64,000 nt of DNA from Callorhinchus milii (Eukaryota), in assembly GCF_018977255.1 (NCBI RefSeq), contig NW_024704742.1, forward strand, positions 91,328,001-91,392,000, read 5' to 3'. Under the pieces are notes generated by a model, which saw only the letters and a list, made by a program, of their open reading frames with translations, was not told where the DNA came from and made no database searches. The position numbers were made by a program, and so were the translations under genes. Positions 1 through 9,517 of the stretch are shown in pieces (positions within the stretch are counted from its first letter, which is position 1; each line of letters begins with the position of its first letter).

Positions 1-787
1 GAACCCAAAATATTCCTGTTTGCCTGCAAAAAGTGACTGTACTTGATAATTACCTGTGAAACATTTCCCAAAGCCCATGACACTATTGACTGAGCGCTAA
101 CATAGATTTACACAGCCTGTACAGGGAACAGGACATTCATCCCAACCAGTCCGTGCTGGTGTTTATTCTCCACAAGTCAGCAACTCAGGAATCACCTCTC
201 TGCTCTCCTTCTCCTTGACTTGGAATTTGTTTTCTTTTTCCTGCACATCTATCCACACATCTTTCTACCGAGTTTCTATATCTTTCCTCCGAGTTTCTAT
301 ATCTTTCCTCCGAGTTTCTACATCTTAGAATTTTTTGCAGCTTCCTCCTTGATGAAGAAAGGCACGTAGACTGAGGGACACATTAAGAATAAGTAGCCAT
401 GGTCCACTGGATGCAGAGTATGTTAGCTGCACTCCCCACTCAAGCTGGGAGTGGGGGCCGAGTGAGTGGGGAGTAGAAAGAAGACTGAAAGTATGGTCAA
501 AGAGGCATGTTTTGAGACAGGCTTGAGGGAGGGAGGGAGGGAGGGAGGGAGGGAATGAATTCCAGAGAATGGGGGCAGAATTGCTGAAAGCCCACCTGTC
601 AAAAGCAGGCATTTGAGGTGTTAGCATAATAAGGCATTACAGACAGGTGTTTGTTTTCAAAGGTGAAATGGTAAAGATAAACATGGAGTACAACAGCAGC
701 AGTTACAGCAATTAATTTTATGAAAAGATAATTTGATGTAAATATAAAGTAGTGTAATCAGAAGCTCAAGTGAAAGGAAATAACTAC

Positions 788-860
788 CTTGTTTACTTTA
801 TCTGGATTGCTTCCGATAACAACAGAGCATCCACATGTCTGTAGGTGAGAGCTAATGGCT
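788..860 (-). CDS. C9orf72: C9orf72 coding exon (human exon 6 equivalent, 73 nt); the gene continues left of the window
   Basis: ttttgatttacag|A-AISSHLQTCGCSVVIGSNPDKVNK|gtagtt versus human AISSHLQTCGCSVVVGSSAEKVNK. Confidence 0.97.
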
Positions 861-1192
861 CTGTAAATCAAAACATACACATCTAATTATTGTAAGATAC
901 TCATGTAATAGTTATGAGATGAGCTTGTGACAAGAATCTGCACTTCATTTGATACAAGTACCTGAAAAATTAAGCATTTAAATTTTTTATTTACTTCAAA
1001 TGAGAGAACACTTTTTTCTTTTACATTTTAGGACGGTGCCCTCAATTATGGGCATATAACATTATAATAGCTAAGTTTACCATTTACCCAGCTACATAAT
1101 GATCAGCCATTATATTATACAAGGTCCATAAACACGTCTACCCGGTAAATATGCAAACCTTGGTGTCAAGCCCAACAAGAGCGGCAGAAAAC

Positions 1193-1325
1193 AATAATAA
1201 TCCTTGCATTTGATATAGTGCTTTTCACGTCTTCTAGACATCTCAAAGTGCTTCACAGAATATACTGTAAAGTGAATTGACTGTATATTTGTGGGCGAAA
1301 CGCGGCAGCCAATTGCGCACAACAG
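1193..1325 (-). mobile_element. SINE 3' fragment with L2-type tail (one of >20 such fragments in the window)
   Basis: Matches the recurrent tail ...cgcccacaaatatacagtcaattcactttacag...gacgtgaaaagcactatatcaaatgcaagga(tta)n, also seen near 25050, 27212, 37846, 42275, 50340 and 59460. Confidence 0.85.
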
Positions 1326-1567
1326 TTGCATAAGTTTCAATGTGCAAATAGCCTGCCCCCTATTGGCAGAGCTCAATATCTATATACTCTGTGTACATGG
1401 GCATATATGGGCTACACGTCAGCCAACCATAAAATAGTACACTGTGATGCCTTCCTTTCACTGTGCACTTCCTTTCCCCTTTTTCATTCCCATCCCAATT
1501 ATAAATTGACGTGAAAGCATTTAACTCCCTTTCTACTACTGCGATACAGTAAAGCAGCAGTAAAATA

Positions 1568-2070
1568 ATTATAATAATCCTTCCATTTAGCATAACACCT
1601 TTCATGTTGGAAGGACGTCTCAAAGTGCTTCACAGGATATACTGTAACGTGTAGTAACTACACATAGCATATATGTAGAATATATATGCCCCATGGTGTT
1701 TTTTTGTGGGCAAATGTGACAGCCAATTTGAGCACAGCAATGTCCCACAACAGCCATGAAATGAATGAACAATTTTATTTGGGGCTTATTGGCCAAATCA
1801 ACAGGAGAAACTCCTCTCACTTTTCAAAAAGGGATCTTTAATGTCTACCTGAACAAGCAGACAGGGTCTCTGTCTAATGTGTCGTCCAAAAGACAGGATC
1901 TCCAACAATGCAGCACACCCCCAGCACTGCATTGGATTATATGCTTTGATAATATGGGCTTCAATTCACAAAGTGGGGCTTGAACCCATAACCTTCAACA
2001 ACAACAACTTGCACTTATATAGCGCCTTCCACGCAGGATAGCGCCTCAGAGGTGAGCATGCTGCTAACTT
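1568..2070 (-). mobile_element. Deu-domain SINE with an L2 tail-only insertion (~1996-2046) in its head
   Basis: Reverse strand shows a Deu-domain-like core (ttggacgacacattagacagagaccctgtctgcttgttcaggtagacattaaagatccc...gagtttctcc), a tRNA-like head and the shared tail. Confidence 0.75.
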
Positions 2071-2194
2071 AGTAGGATACTCTGCTTAACTTACTTCTAT
2101 GTGTTGGTGGCATGCATATGTGGAACTATCAATGTAGTTTGGATACTCAAGCATGGTGATTGGTTACCACATGTCAGACAAATGCAACACTTAC

Positions 2195-2259
2195 TTGTGC
2201 AGGAAATCTTCACGGCAGCTATCTCCAATATCATCATCATTCAGCACAGTCTCCTTGAT
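2195..2259 (-). CDS. C9orf72: C9orf72 coding exon (human exon 5 equivalent, 65 nt)
   Basis: ttttcatttag|IKETVLNDDDIGDSCREDFLH-AA|gtaagt versus human IADTVLNDDDIGDSCHEGFLL. Confidence 0.97.
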
Positions 2260-2734
2260 CTAAATGAAAAATGTAATTGATGAATACTCAATTTAATATT
2301 CATTTATACCATAATTTTGAAATGTTTACATTTAAGTGTTTAGAAGTAATGGGGAAACATCAGAGGTAATGAAGCGAGTATGGGAAGCTTTAACAGTTAG
2401 TAAACGTTTAACATTAGATGGGCAGGGAGAAGCTGCATTCAAATATATTTGAGTGGACCTAGATGGAATGCAATGACCCATATCTAATGTTCAATATTTG
2501 TTAACTGTTCAATATTTGTTAACTGTTATTTAATATTTGCTAACTAACATTGCAGAAAGTCTATCTCTTTAATAACTTTAAGAAATATTGTAATAAGCAA
2601 CTATCATTTTGAGCTCAGCTATACACACTGACCCAGTTGTAAATGGGCAGCGTTCTCCTCAGAGTCAGCCAATGAAATTTCAGAGCAGACAGTTTAAAGT
2701 AATTATTAAAGACTCTTCAGTCGTACATCCATCA

Positions 2735-3035
2735 GACTGGTTCACTTGGTTGCACTCTTACCTCTGCATCACAAGGTTGTAGGTTCAAGTGCAATATTGG
2801 GGCTTTAAACTCAGTCTAAACTGACACACCAATACAAAAACCCAGCACTGCATTGTTGCAGTGCTATCCTTTGGATGAAATGTTAAACGATCTGCTAGTT
2901 CAGGTGGACGTTAAAGATACCATGATACTATTCGAAAAGAGAAGGGAGTTTCTCTGTGTGTCCTGGCCAACAATCCTGAAATAAATATTCTGTGAAGCAC
3001 TTTGAGACGGCTCAACAATGTGAAACGGGTCTTTT
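2735..3035 (+). mobile_element. Deu-domain SINE
   Basis: tRNA-like head (ggttcaagt) followed by ctttggatgaaatgttaaac...ttcaggtggacgttaaagataccatgatactattcgaaaagagaagggagtttctc, resembling the AmnSINE1/SacSINE1 Deu core. Confidence 0.8.
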
Positions 3036-3217
3036 TTTAGTGCTGCTGGTAGGATATTTCTGTGTAGAAATTGGTTGCTGTGTTCACCAACAAATAAACA
3101 ACCAATCTACTTTACAGAAAGGTCTATGAGATATTTTGATGCGATAAACCACTAAAGCGAATCCAATATTTATGCATAATACAAGATCATGCCTTTGGAA
3201 TTTAAACCAAAACTTAC

Positions 3218-3313
3218 TTGAACTTCTTCCACAACGCCATACGCTTTCATAGATGAAAATAATTCCATAACAGGAGTGATTTCTGTTGTTAAGAAGGAAA
3301 TTATGCTCTGCCC
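3218..3313 (-). CDS. C9orf72: C9orf72 coding exon (human exon 4 equivalent, 96 nt)
   Basis: tag|GQSIISFLTTEITPVMELFSSMKAYGVVEEVQ|gtaagt versus human GQSIIPMLTGEVIPVMELLSSMKSHSVPEEID; phase 0-0. Confidence 0.96.
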
Positions 3314-3416
3314 CTATATAAAAAAAAGTGTATAAATTAAACGCAAGGGTATCAACAAAAACAGAGGTAAACTTGTATATAGAGGCACTTGAGAGGCAGT
3401 TCTGAATCTGAAATAC

Positions 3417-3500
3417 CTGGTCTCATGTCTCCATAATGGCTCGTCCTGACGTGAGGATCCTCTGTAGAGGGAATCTAATGCCCACACCCTTCCTACCACT
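3417..3500 (-). pseudogene. C9orf72: Candidate C9orf72 exon-3 homologue with in-frame stop (pseudo/poison exon)
   Basis: cacag|SGRKGVGIRFPLQRILTSGRAIMET*DQ|gtatt, 84 nt, phase 0-0, lying between the exon 2 and exon 4 equivalents. The 3' part aligns to human exon 3 QKIILEGTERMEDQ. The TGA is at 3425-3423. Confidence 0.5.
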
Positions 3501-4234
3501 CTGTGGCACAGCATTTATATATATAATATATATGCATATCTAGTATCCATAATATGTTACTGTATTACACAAACTCTACTTCACTATATAAAGACTGGTT
3601 CACATTAAAGATCTATAATAAGCCCAAATAGGAAGCCTAAAATGGCTGGTGCTAATTTTACAGTGCAGAGTGGAATTCATAACACTGGAGGCAACATCTA
3701 ATTCAGAAGAGAAGTTCAGATGTCTTTTGACCCATTTGATATCATCCTTCCAGAACATCCACTCAACCGTCCTATCACATCATCAACGTTGTAAATGAGA
3801 CCAGGGGCCTGGCCTCAACCACCCTTCCTGGTAACCCATTCCAGTTAATTGCATTCTAGGTAAAGAAATATTTCCCGTATCTGAAGTTGCTATTTATTAC
3901 CCTAAACTATCTATTCTATTTCTTAGCGCATTTGAAAGTATTGTTATAGGTTTACCTTCACAATTAGTTTTTCGAATCTTATATTTCTCTATAAGATTCC
4001 AACTGAGACAATTATTTTCAATACTGAGCCCTGTCTATTCACTGCTCAGAGCTCATTGCTGACACTTGGGTTCATTTCTTCACTGTATTACCCCAAGGGC
4101 CTACAACTAATGGTTAAGGCAATGTGGGAACAAATATTTAGACTAGACATCCCTCTGACAACATCTTGAAGACAGAGGATAGTTTTCTAACAGACAACAT
4201 TTACTGTATTAATGCAACTTTTCAACAAACTTAC

Positions 4235-4678
4235 CTTATACATCCATATCCTTCCTTTTCTAATAATGTGTGTCAGTCGATCCACACATACTCTGTGCAG
4301 AGGTAGGTAGAAGCTAAGTTCAGACTGTGGCAGTATGACTGATAGTGCATAAGTACTCCGGTCACCATTCATATTGCCGTCAAATATTAATGACACTATG
4401 ATTACCCCCTTTTCAGCAAGTACGAAGAATTTGACATCAATTGCACCACTTTTGGCACTTCGAAGAATTTCTCCATTTAGTGTGTGGTTTGCCAGAAATG
4501 TTATTTCTCCGTCACTTAGCAGCATCTGTTCATTCTTTGGCGCCCAGATGTGTCTCACTCTTGGACCAAGAATGTTATCCCAATAAGCAAAAGTAGCAGC
4601 TACCAATGGTGATTCACCATCCAGCAAGATCTCTGTTTTTGCAACAGCTGGAGATTGTGGTGGGCAAGAAGAAGACAT
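4235..4678 (-). CDS. C9orf72: C9orf72 first coding exon (human exon 2 equivalent), DENN-like/longin N-terminus
   Basis: Translates MSSSCPPQSPAVAKTEILLDGESPLVAATFAYWDNILGPRVRHIWAPK...KGRIWMYK, matching human MSTLCPPPSPAVAKTEIALSGKSPLLAATFAYWDNILGPRVRHIWAPK. It has 444 coding nt as in human and the donor AAG|GTAAGT at 4235/4234. The probable acceptor (ctttgcttactag) places the exon start at 4737. Confidence 0.98.
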
Positions 4679-4970
4679 ATCTGCAAATAAGTCTTCCCTG
4701 CTGGCATACTCAACACAACACCTATTGTAAGCAGAGCCTAGTAAGCAAAGAAAAAAATATTAATTTTAGTTAATTCATCTAAAGACACAACTTTTTTTTC
4801 TCCGGGTTTACTAATGGTGACTCAATCAAAACAAATGTTGGTAAATGCTGGATTGATGCTAAGTTTGTTGCCATCATCATTCATGCAAACATTGTACGTG
4901 GCATGATTACACTGTACAGTTGTCCATGGAAAGTAGTGATGGTTTTCGCAAACAGCCACTACCCAAATAA

Positions 4971-5336
4971 TAATAATCCTTGTATTTGACATAGAGCCTT
5001 ATCACGTCTTCTAGACATCTGAAAAGCGCTTCACAGAATACACTGCAGAGAATCGAATGTATGTTTTGTGGGCGAAACACGGCAGCCAATTGCACACGGC
5101 AGTGTCACACAAACAGTCACGGATTAAGCGACCAAACTATTATTATTTTTAAAGGATTATTACTCCCACAAAAGCGATCCACCAATCGTCTAATAACAGG
5201 GTTCCTACTTACTGCTGGGTAAACAGAGGCGTGTGGAGTAAGGAAACTTGCCCAATGTTTTGCCCCGCTGCCCGGCAATCAAACCCAGGTCCTTCGCTTG
5301 TGAGGCGAGTGCTCCAACCACGAAGCTACAGGACTA
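4971..5336 (-). mobile_element. tRNA-derived SINE, long form, full length
   Basis: Head agtcctgtagcttcgtggttggagc...gggtttgattgcc (A/B boxes), body ttgggcaagtttccttactccacacgcctctgtttacccagcagtaagtagg and (tta)n tail; flanked by the direct repeat caaataa. Confidence 0.85.
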
Positions 5337-5541
5337 CAAATAACGGTGGTGCCACAGCAGCGAACCGTAACTGTGGCTCTGGTTCTCTTATCTGCCCCTT
5401 TGCCACGTACTCGCGGGTCCTTCATTCACCCCAACTCTCCGTCCACGGTAACGTGCGGTTTGCCCCGGTCTCCCCCCCTCGTCGCCCTGCGGTTGATTTT
5501 TTTTTACTCTGGTTCCTTGCACTCTCGTGGTTGACGTTCCG

Positions 5542-6268
5542 GAACATCGCCAGACTACGGCATTACCTCACCCCTCACGCTGCTGAAACCCTGGTCCACG
5601 CCTTTGTCACCTCAAGGCTGGACTATGGGAACTCTCTCCTCGCCGGCCTTCCCGCCACCTCCCTCCACAAGCTGCAGGTCATTCAGAACTCTGCAGCTCG
5701 TGTACTGTCCCGCACCAGGACCACATCACTCCCACCCTCGCTCACCTCCACTGGCTCCCCATCCCCCAGAGGATCAAATTCAAGATCCTCATCCTCACCT
5801 ACAAGGCCATTCACGGCCTTGCTCCCTCCTACCTCTCCGACCTACTATCCCCCCACGTACCTGCCCGTACCCTCCGTTCCTCTGGCTCCGGTCTGCTCCA
5901 CATCCCCCGCCCCAACCGCCCTACCATTGGTGGTCGGGCCTACAGCCTCTCAGCCCCCAGGCTCTGGAACTCCATCCCCCAGTGCCTTCGCCGCTTTCTC
6001 CCTTTCCTCCTTCAAGGCCGGTCTCAAAACCTTTCTCTTTGACCGAGCCTTCAGCTCCCCTCTCGACTCTCAACCCCCTCCTCGCTCCCTCCCTTCCCTC
6101 CCCTCACCCTGACCATTTCCCCCCTCCTCGCTCCCTCCCTTCCCTCCCCTCACCCTGACCATTTCCCCCCTGCTCGGGTCATGACCCAACTGTGCAGCGC
6201 CTTGGGACGTCCTCCTGACGTGAAAGGCGCTCTATAAATGGAATCTTGTTGTTGTTGTTGTTGTTGTT
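5542..6268 (+). mobile_element. Young 5'-truncated L2 LINE (family A) in C9orf72 intron 1
   Basis: ORF2 C-terminal motifs RNIARLRHYLT..AETLVHAFVTSRLDYGNSLLAGLP..LHKLQVIQNSAARVL. 3' stem-loop at 6197-6230, (GTT)n tail, TSD gttccg (5536-5541/6269-6274) and a ~47-bp tandem duplication in the 3' UTR. Confidence 0.95.
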
Positions 6269-6279
6269 GTTCCGCCCAC

Positions 6280-7010
6280 ACGGCACAGCCCCATATCCAC
6301 TTTACAGCGTATCCCGCGAAGCCCTTTTGAGCCGTGATGAGCCGCGGTGTCCGGCGCGGGCGGGGGAGGGCTGCACTTACCCGGTGTTCCCCCCCGGGGT
6401 TTGTTTGTGATGTCTGTGTGGCTGATTCTATGTGTTTCTCTGCGGTGAACCGTCTGCCCTGATTTTACACTGACTTCTTGCCCTGTTCTTTCTCACTCAC
6501 TGTGTGGGCTTTGCTGCTGTGGACTGTTACCCGCTGACTATTTTTACCCCCCGGGTTGCAGTGTTTTTACCCGGTTGTTGACGATCGCTGATTGATACCC
6601 GGTATTTACCCGGCTCCCGGGGGCTCCCGTCTTTTCCGACTGTACGGGCTGTTGCTATGGTGACGGACGTCCCCGCTTTTCCCCGCTGGCGGGATCTCCT
6701 CGGCCCCTCCGCCGCCGCGGCCGCTGACGTGACGCAGGAGGCGGGGCGGGGCCGTGGGGGGTCAGGGGTTGCCTGACGTCACCGCGCTCGGCGAAGTGAC
6801 GCGGACGCGCGACGACGGCGCGGGACCGACGTTCAGCGTCAGGGCGAGTGACGTCTGCACCGTCCGTTGGGCTTACAAACGGCCAGTGGCGGCGCGCGAC
6901 GCCGCCTTCACGCAGCGCTTCAGGTTCACGCCCAATGGGGAGGGGGGGGCGGCTTTTTGTGGCCTTGGGCGTGAAAAGAAACACGGCTGTGGGCGGGTTG
7001 CGGGTGTTTT
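6280..7010 (-). promoter_or_regulatory. C9orf72: CpG-island promoter and non-coding exon 1 of C9orf72
   Basis: The only dense CpG/GC-rich tract in the window. It contains a perfect CRE TGACGTCA at 6774-6781 plus further TGACG half-sites, a GC box GGGGCGGGG at 6743-6751 and CCAAT at 6932-6936. A strong minus-strand donor CGG|GTAAGT lies at 6381/6380. Confidence 0.8.
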
Positions 7011-7289
7011 GGAAAAAAGTAGAATTTTAACCTGCAAAACATCAACACCTGAAGACCTTTTCTTACAGTTTCAAAAGCACTGACCCCAATCAGCCACTGT
7101 AATGCACATAGGAGGTGATGCACAAGATATGGACCACTTTTGGGCTACTTGGCTACTTTTGGGCTACTGAGTTGATAGGCGCTATATGGATATAATGAAT
7201 TGTTGTTTAACAGGTGTTGCTGGGATCAGACCCCCCCCACCCCACCCCCGCTCTGACCTAACAGGACTCCCTCTCTCTCAAACCTTTTA

Positions 7290-7450
7290 AGGATAATAAC
7301 CGTTGCACGTGATGGTCGGGACGTCTCAAACCGCTGCCCAGAATGTACTGTCGAGCGAACGGGACCGCTTTGCGGGTGAAACGCGGCCGCCGATGGCTCG
7401 CAGCAGCGTCCCGCGACCAGTCGTGGAGCGAAGTGAGCCGATGATTGTTT
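7290..7450 (-). mobile_element. SINE 3' part, strongly GC-shifted
   Basis: Alignable to the SINE tail at 1193-1325 but with numerous A/T-to-G/C substitutions. Confidence 0.7.
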
Positions 7451-7814
7451 TTGGGGGATTGTGACCTGCGTTAGGTTTGCTCGCCCACAATTACAGTCAC
7501 GTTACCAGCAGCGCGCGGGGTGCTCAGGAGCTGGTCAAGGCACTTATCGGTTTAATTCTGTCATTTTCAATTGCACCGAGGTGTTGATTTTCACAATACA
7601 ATAGTGCACATTACCAGCACCCGGTAAACGTGGCTCTGACCAGAACGCTGGTTTTGTTACCCGGTTGCTAAGCTCAAGCTCGTGAATATTTCAGTGTTAC
7701 TGCTTAGCTTCACCGAGCAGCGGTGAAGGGCCTTGGGACGTCCTCCCGACGTGAAAGGCGTTACACAAGTGTAAGTTTGCATTGCGTTCACCGCGTACAA
7801 TGTTTAAACCAAGA

Positions 7815-8040
7815 ACCAGAAGCTGACAGCACAGAAAGGAGGGCCATCCATTCCCATTGCGCGGCTCTTTGAAAGAGCTACCAACTAGTCCGACTCCCCC
7901 GCCCTTCCCCATCGCCCTTCCCCATCGCTCTGCGCAGTTTTCCTTTTCCAGTATCTATCCAATTCCCCTTTGAAAGTCACTATCAAATCTGCTTCCACCA
8001 CTCTCAGGCCGTGTGTTCCAGATCATAACAACGCGCGGTA
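7815..8040 (-). mobile_element. CR1 LINE 3' fragment
   Basis: Similar to the reverse complement of the CR1 at 23037-23417 (cggctctttgaaagagcta...tatctatccaattcccctttgaaagt...ttccagatcataacaac). Confidence 0.8.
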
Positions 8041-8127
8041 AACATGATGTGTAACGGTCTGTCGAATGATTAATTACGATACACATTTCATTTATTAAGC
8101 AAACAATTAAACGAACAAAGCATCTTC

Positions 8128-9027
8128 ACAGTCATATTGTTTGCAGCCATTGTGGCCTGAAGGGAATATTAGTAAACAGTCATTATTATTAATATAATAA
8201 TATAATTATAATATAATTATTACGACTATTATTACAACAACAACAGAATTCCATTTGAATAGGGCGGTTCACATCGGGAGGACGTCCCAAGGCACTGGAC
8301 AGTCAGTGTTTCGGACCGAGCTGGGGGTCAGGACTGGGGAGGGTGGAGGGCAGAGGGGGAAGGAGGGCGATCGAGCGCACGGTCGAAGAGGAGGGTCCTG
8401 AAATGGGCCTTGAAGGAGGTAAGGGAGGGGGCGAGGCTGAGGGACTGCGGGATGGAGTTCCAGAGGGTGGGAGCAGAGTGGCAGAAGGCCCGCGCGCCAA
8501 CGCTGTGGTGGGTGAGGCGGGGAATGTGAAGCAGGTTGGAGCCCACTGAGCGGAGGGAACGGGCAGAATGGTGGGGGGTTAGAAAGCCGCAGAGGTTGGG
8601 GGGAGCAAGTCTGTGGAGGGCTTTGAAGGTGAGGACCAGGATCGTGAACTGTATCCTCTGTGTGAAGGGAAGCCGGTGGAGTCGGGCGAGGATGGGGGTG
8701 ATAGGGACATGGACTGCAGAGTGGAGGGAGGAGTTGGGGAGGCCGACAAGTAAGGAGTTTGCATAGTCAAGCTAATTAATTAGTCACTATGGCCTGTGGG
8801 GAATACTAGTAAACAGTCATTATTAATATATCATTATAATATATAATAATTATTAATATTATTAATTAGTCATTGTGGCCTGAAGGGAATAGTCACTGTG
8901 TTACTGAATATTAGTAAACAGTCATTATTATTAATATAATATTATTATAATACATAACTATTATCACTGTTTGTAATTAATTATTATAGCCTGAAGGGAA
9001 TAGTAATTTTGTTATTGAATATTAGTA
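8128..9027. repeat. AT-rich degenerate minisatellite interrupted by an L2
   Basis: Recurring unit cattgtggcctgaagggaata(ttagtaaacagtcattattattaatata) at ~8148, 8785, 8870 and 8985. Confidence 0.8.
8234..8772 (-). mobile_element. 5'-truncated L2 (family A) with internal deletion
   Basis: (AAC)n tail and stem-loop; reverse translation contains GARAFCHSAPTLWNSIPQSL..FKAHFRTLLF. Confidence 0.9.
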
Positions 9028-9136
9028 CAGTTTTTTTTTCACCTCATTTTTATTGACAGGCAATGGCTTTAGAAATTTGTGATTTGCAAACCTATAAATT
9101 ATCAATATACCAAGCAGTTTAGAAACATAAATATCA

Positions 9137-9437
9137 TAATAATAGTAATAATAATCTTTGCATTTGATATAACGCCTTATCATGGGAGCAGTAGTGTCCC
9201 ACAAACAGTGGATTGAGTGACTACATTTTTTAAAATTTATTTAATTTTGGGGAAGAGATTTATTACCTCCAGAAAGCGATCTTCTGATCAACTAACAACC
9301 AGGTTCCTACTTACTGCTAGGTAAACAGAGACATGTGGAGTAAGGAAACTTGCTGAAGGATTCGCCCCGCCCGGGGAATCAAATCGAGGTCTCTCACGTG
9401 CGAGGCGCGTGCTCTAACCATTCGGCTACAGGACTCC
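9137..9437 (-). mobile_element. tRNA-derived SINE, long form with tail deletion
   Basis: Head GGAGTCCTGTAGCCGAATGGTTAGAGCACGCGCCTCGCACGTGAGAG and the same body as 4971-5336. Confidence 0.85.
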
Positions 9438-9517
9438 TCCTTGGGATGTTTTTTAGTGTTTCATTACCTTCATTCAATTTTTTGAAGGTAATGAAACACT
9501 AAAATACATCTCAAGGA
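9438..9517. repeat. Near-perfect inverted repeat (35-bp arms, 10-nt loop)
   Basis: tccttgggatgttttttagtgtttcattaccttca / tgaaggtaatgaaacactaaaatacatctcaagga; 33 of 35 Watson-Crick pairs. Confidence 0.95.

Noticed and set aside
262..324. 21-bp x3 tandem repeat (similar short repeats at 2486-2540 and 59363-59403)
   Set aside because: Ordinary slippage duplications with no sign of function.
4187..4234. C-terminal VSLLKSCINTVNVVC of the 163-aa ORF
   Set aside because: Read-through past the GTAAGT donor into the intron; homology to C9orf72 stops at K148.
5231..6158. 293-aa and 184-aa ORFs as host genes
   Set aside because: Overlapping frames of a truncated, frameshifted L2 joined to SINE and flanking sequence.
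6702..6753. GGGGCC hexamer as a counterpart of the human ALS/FTD repeat
   Set aside because: Only single units occur (sense strand 6707-6702, antisense 6748-6753), as expected by chance in a GC-rich island; there is no tandem array.
6655..7083. Arg/Ala/Gly-rich ORFs on both strands
   Set aside because: Stop-poor because of CpG-island composition; no recognisable domain.
8128..9027. CRISPR-like repeat-spacer array
   Set aside because: Eukaryotic context, degenerate units and low-complexity spacers; it is a minisatellite.
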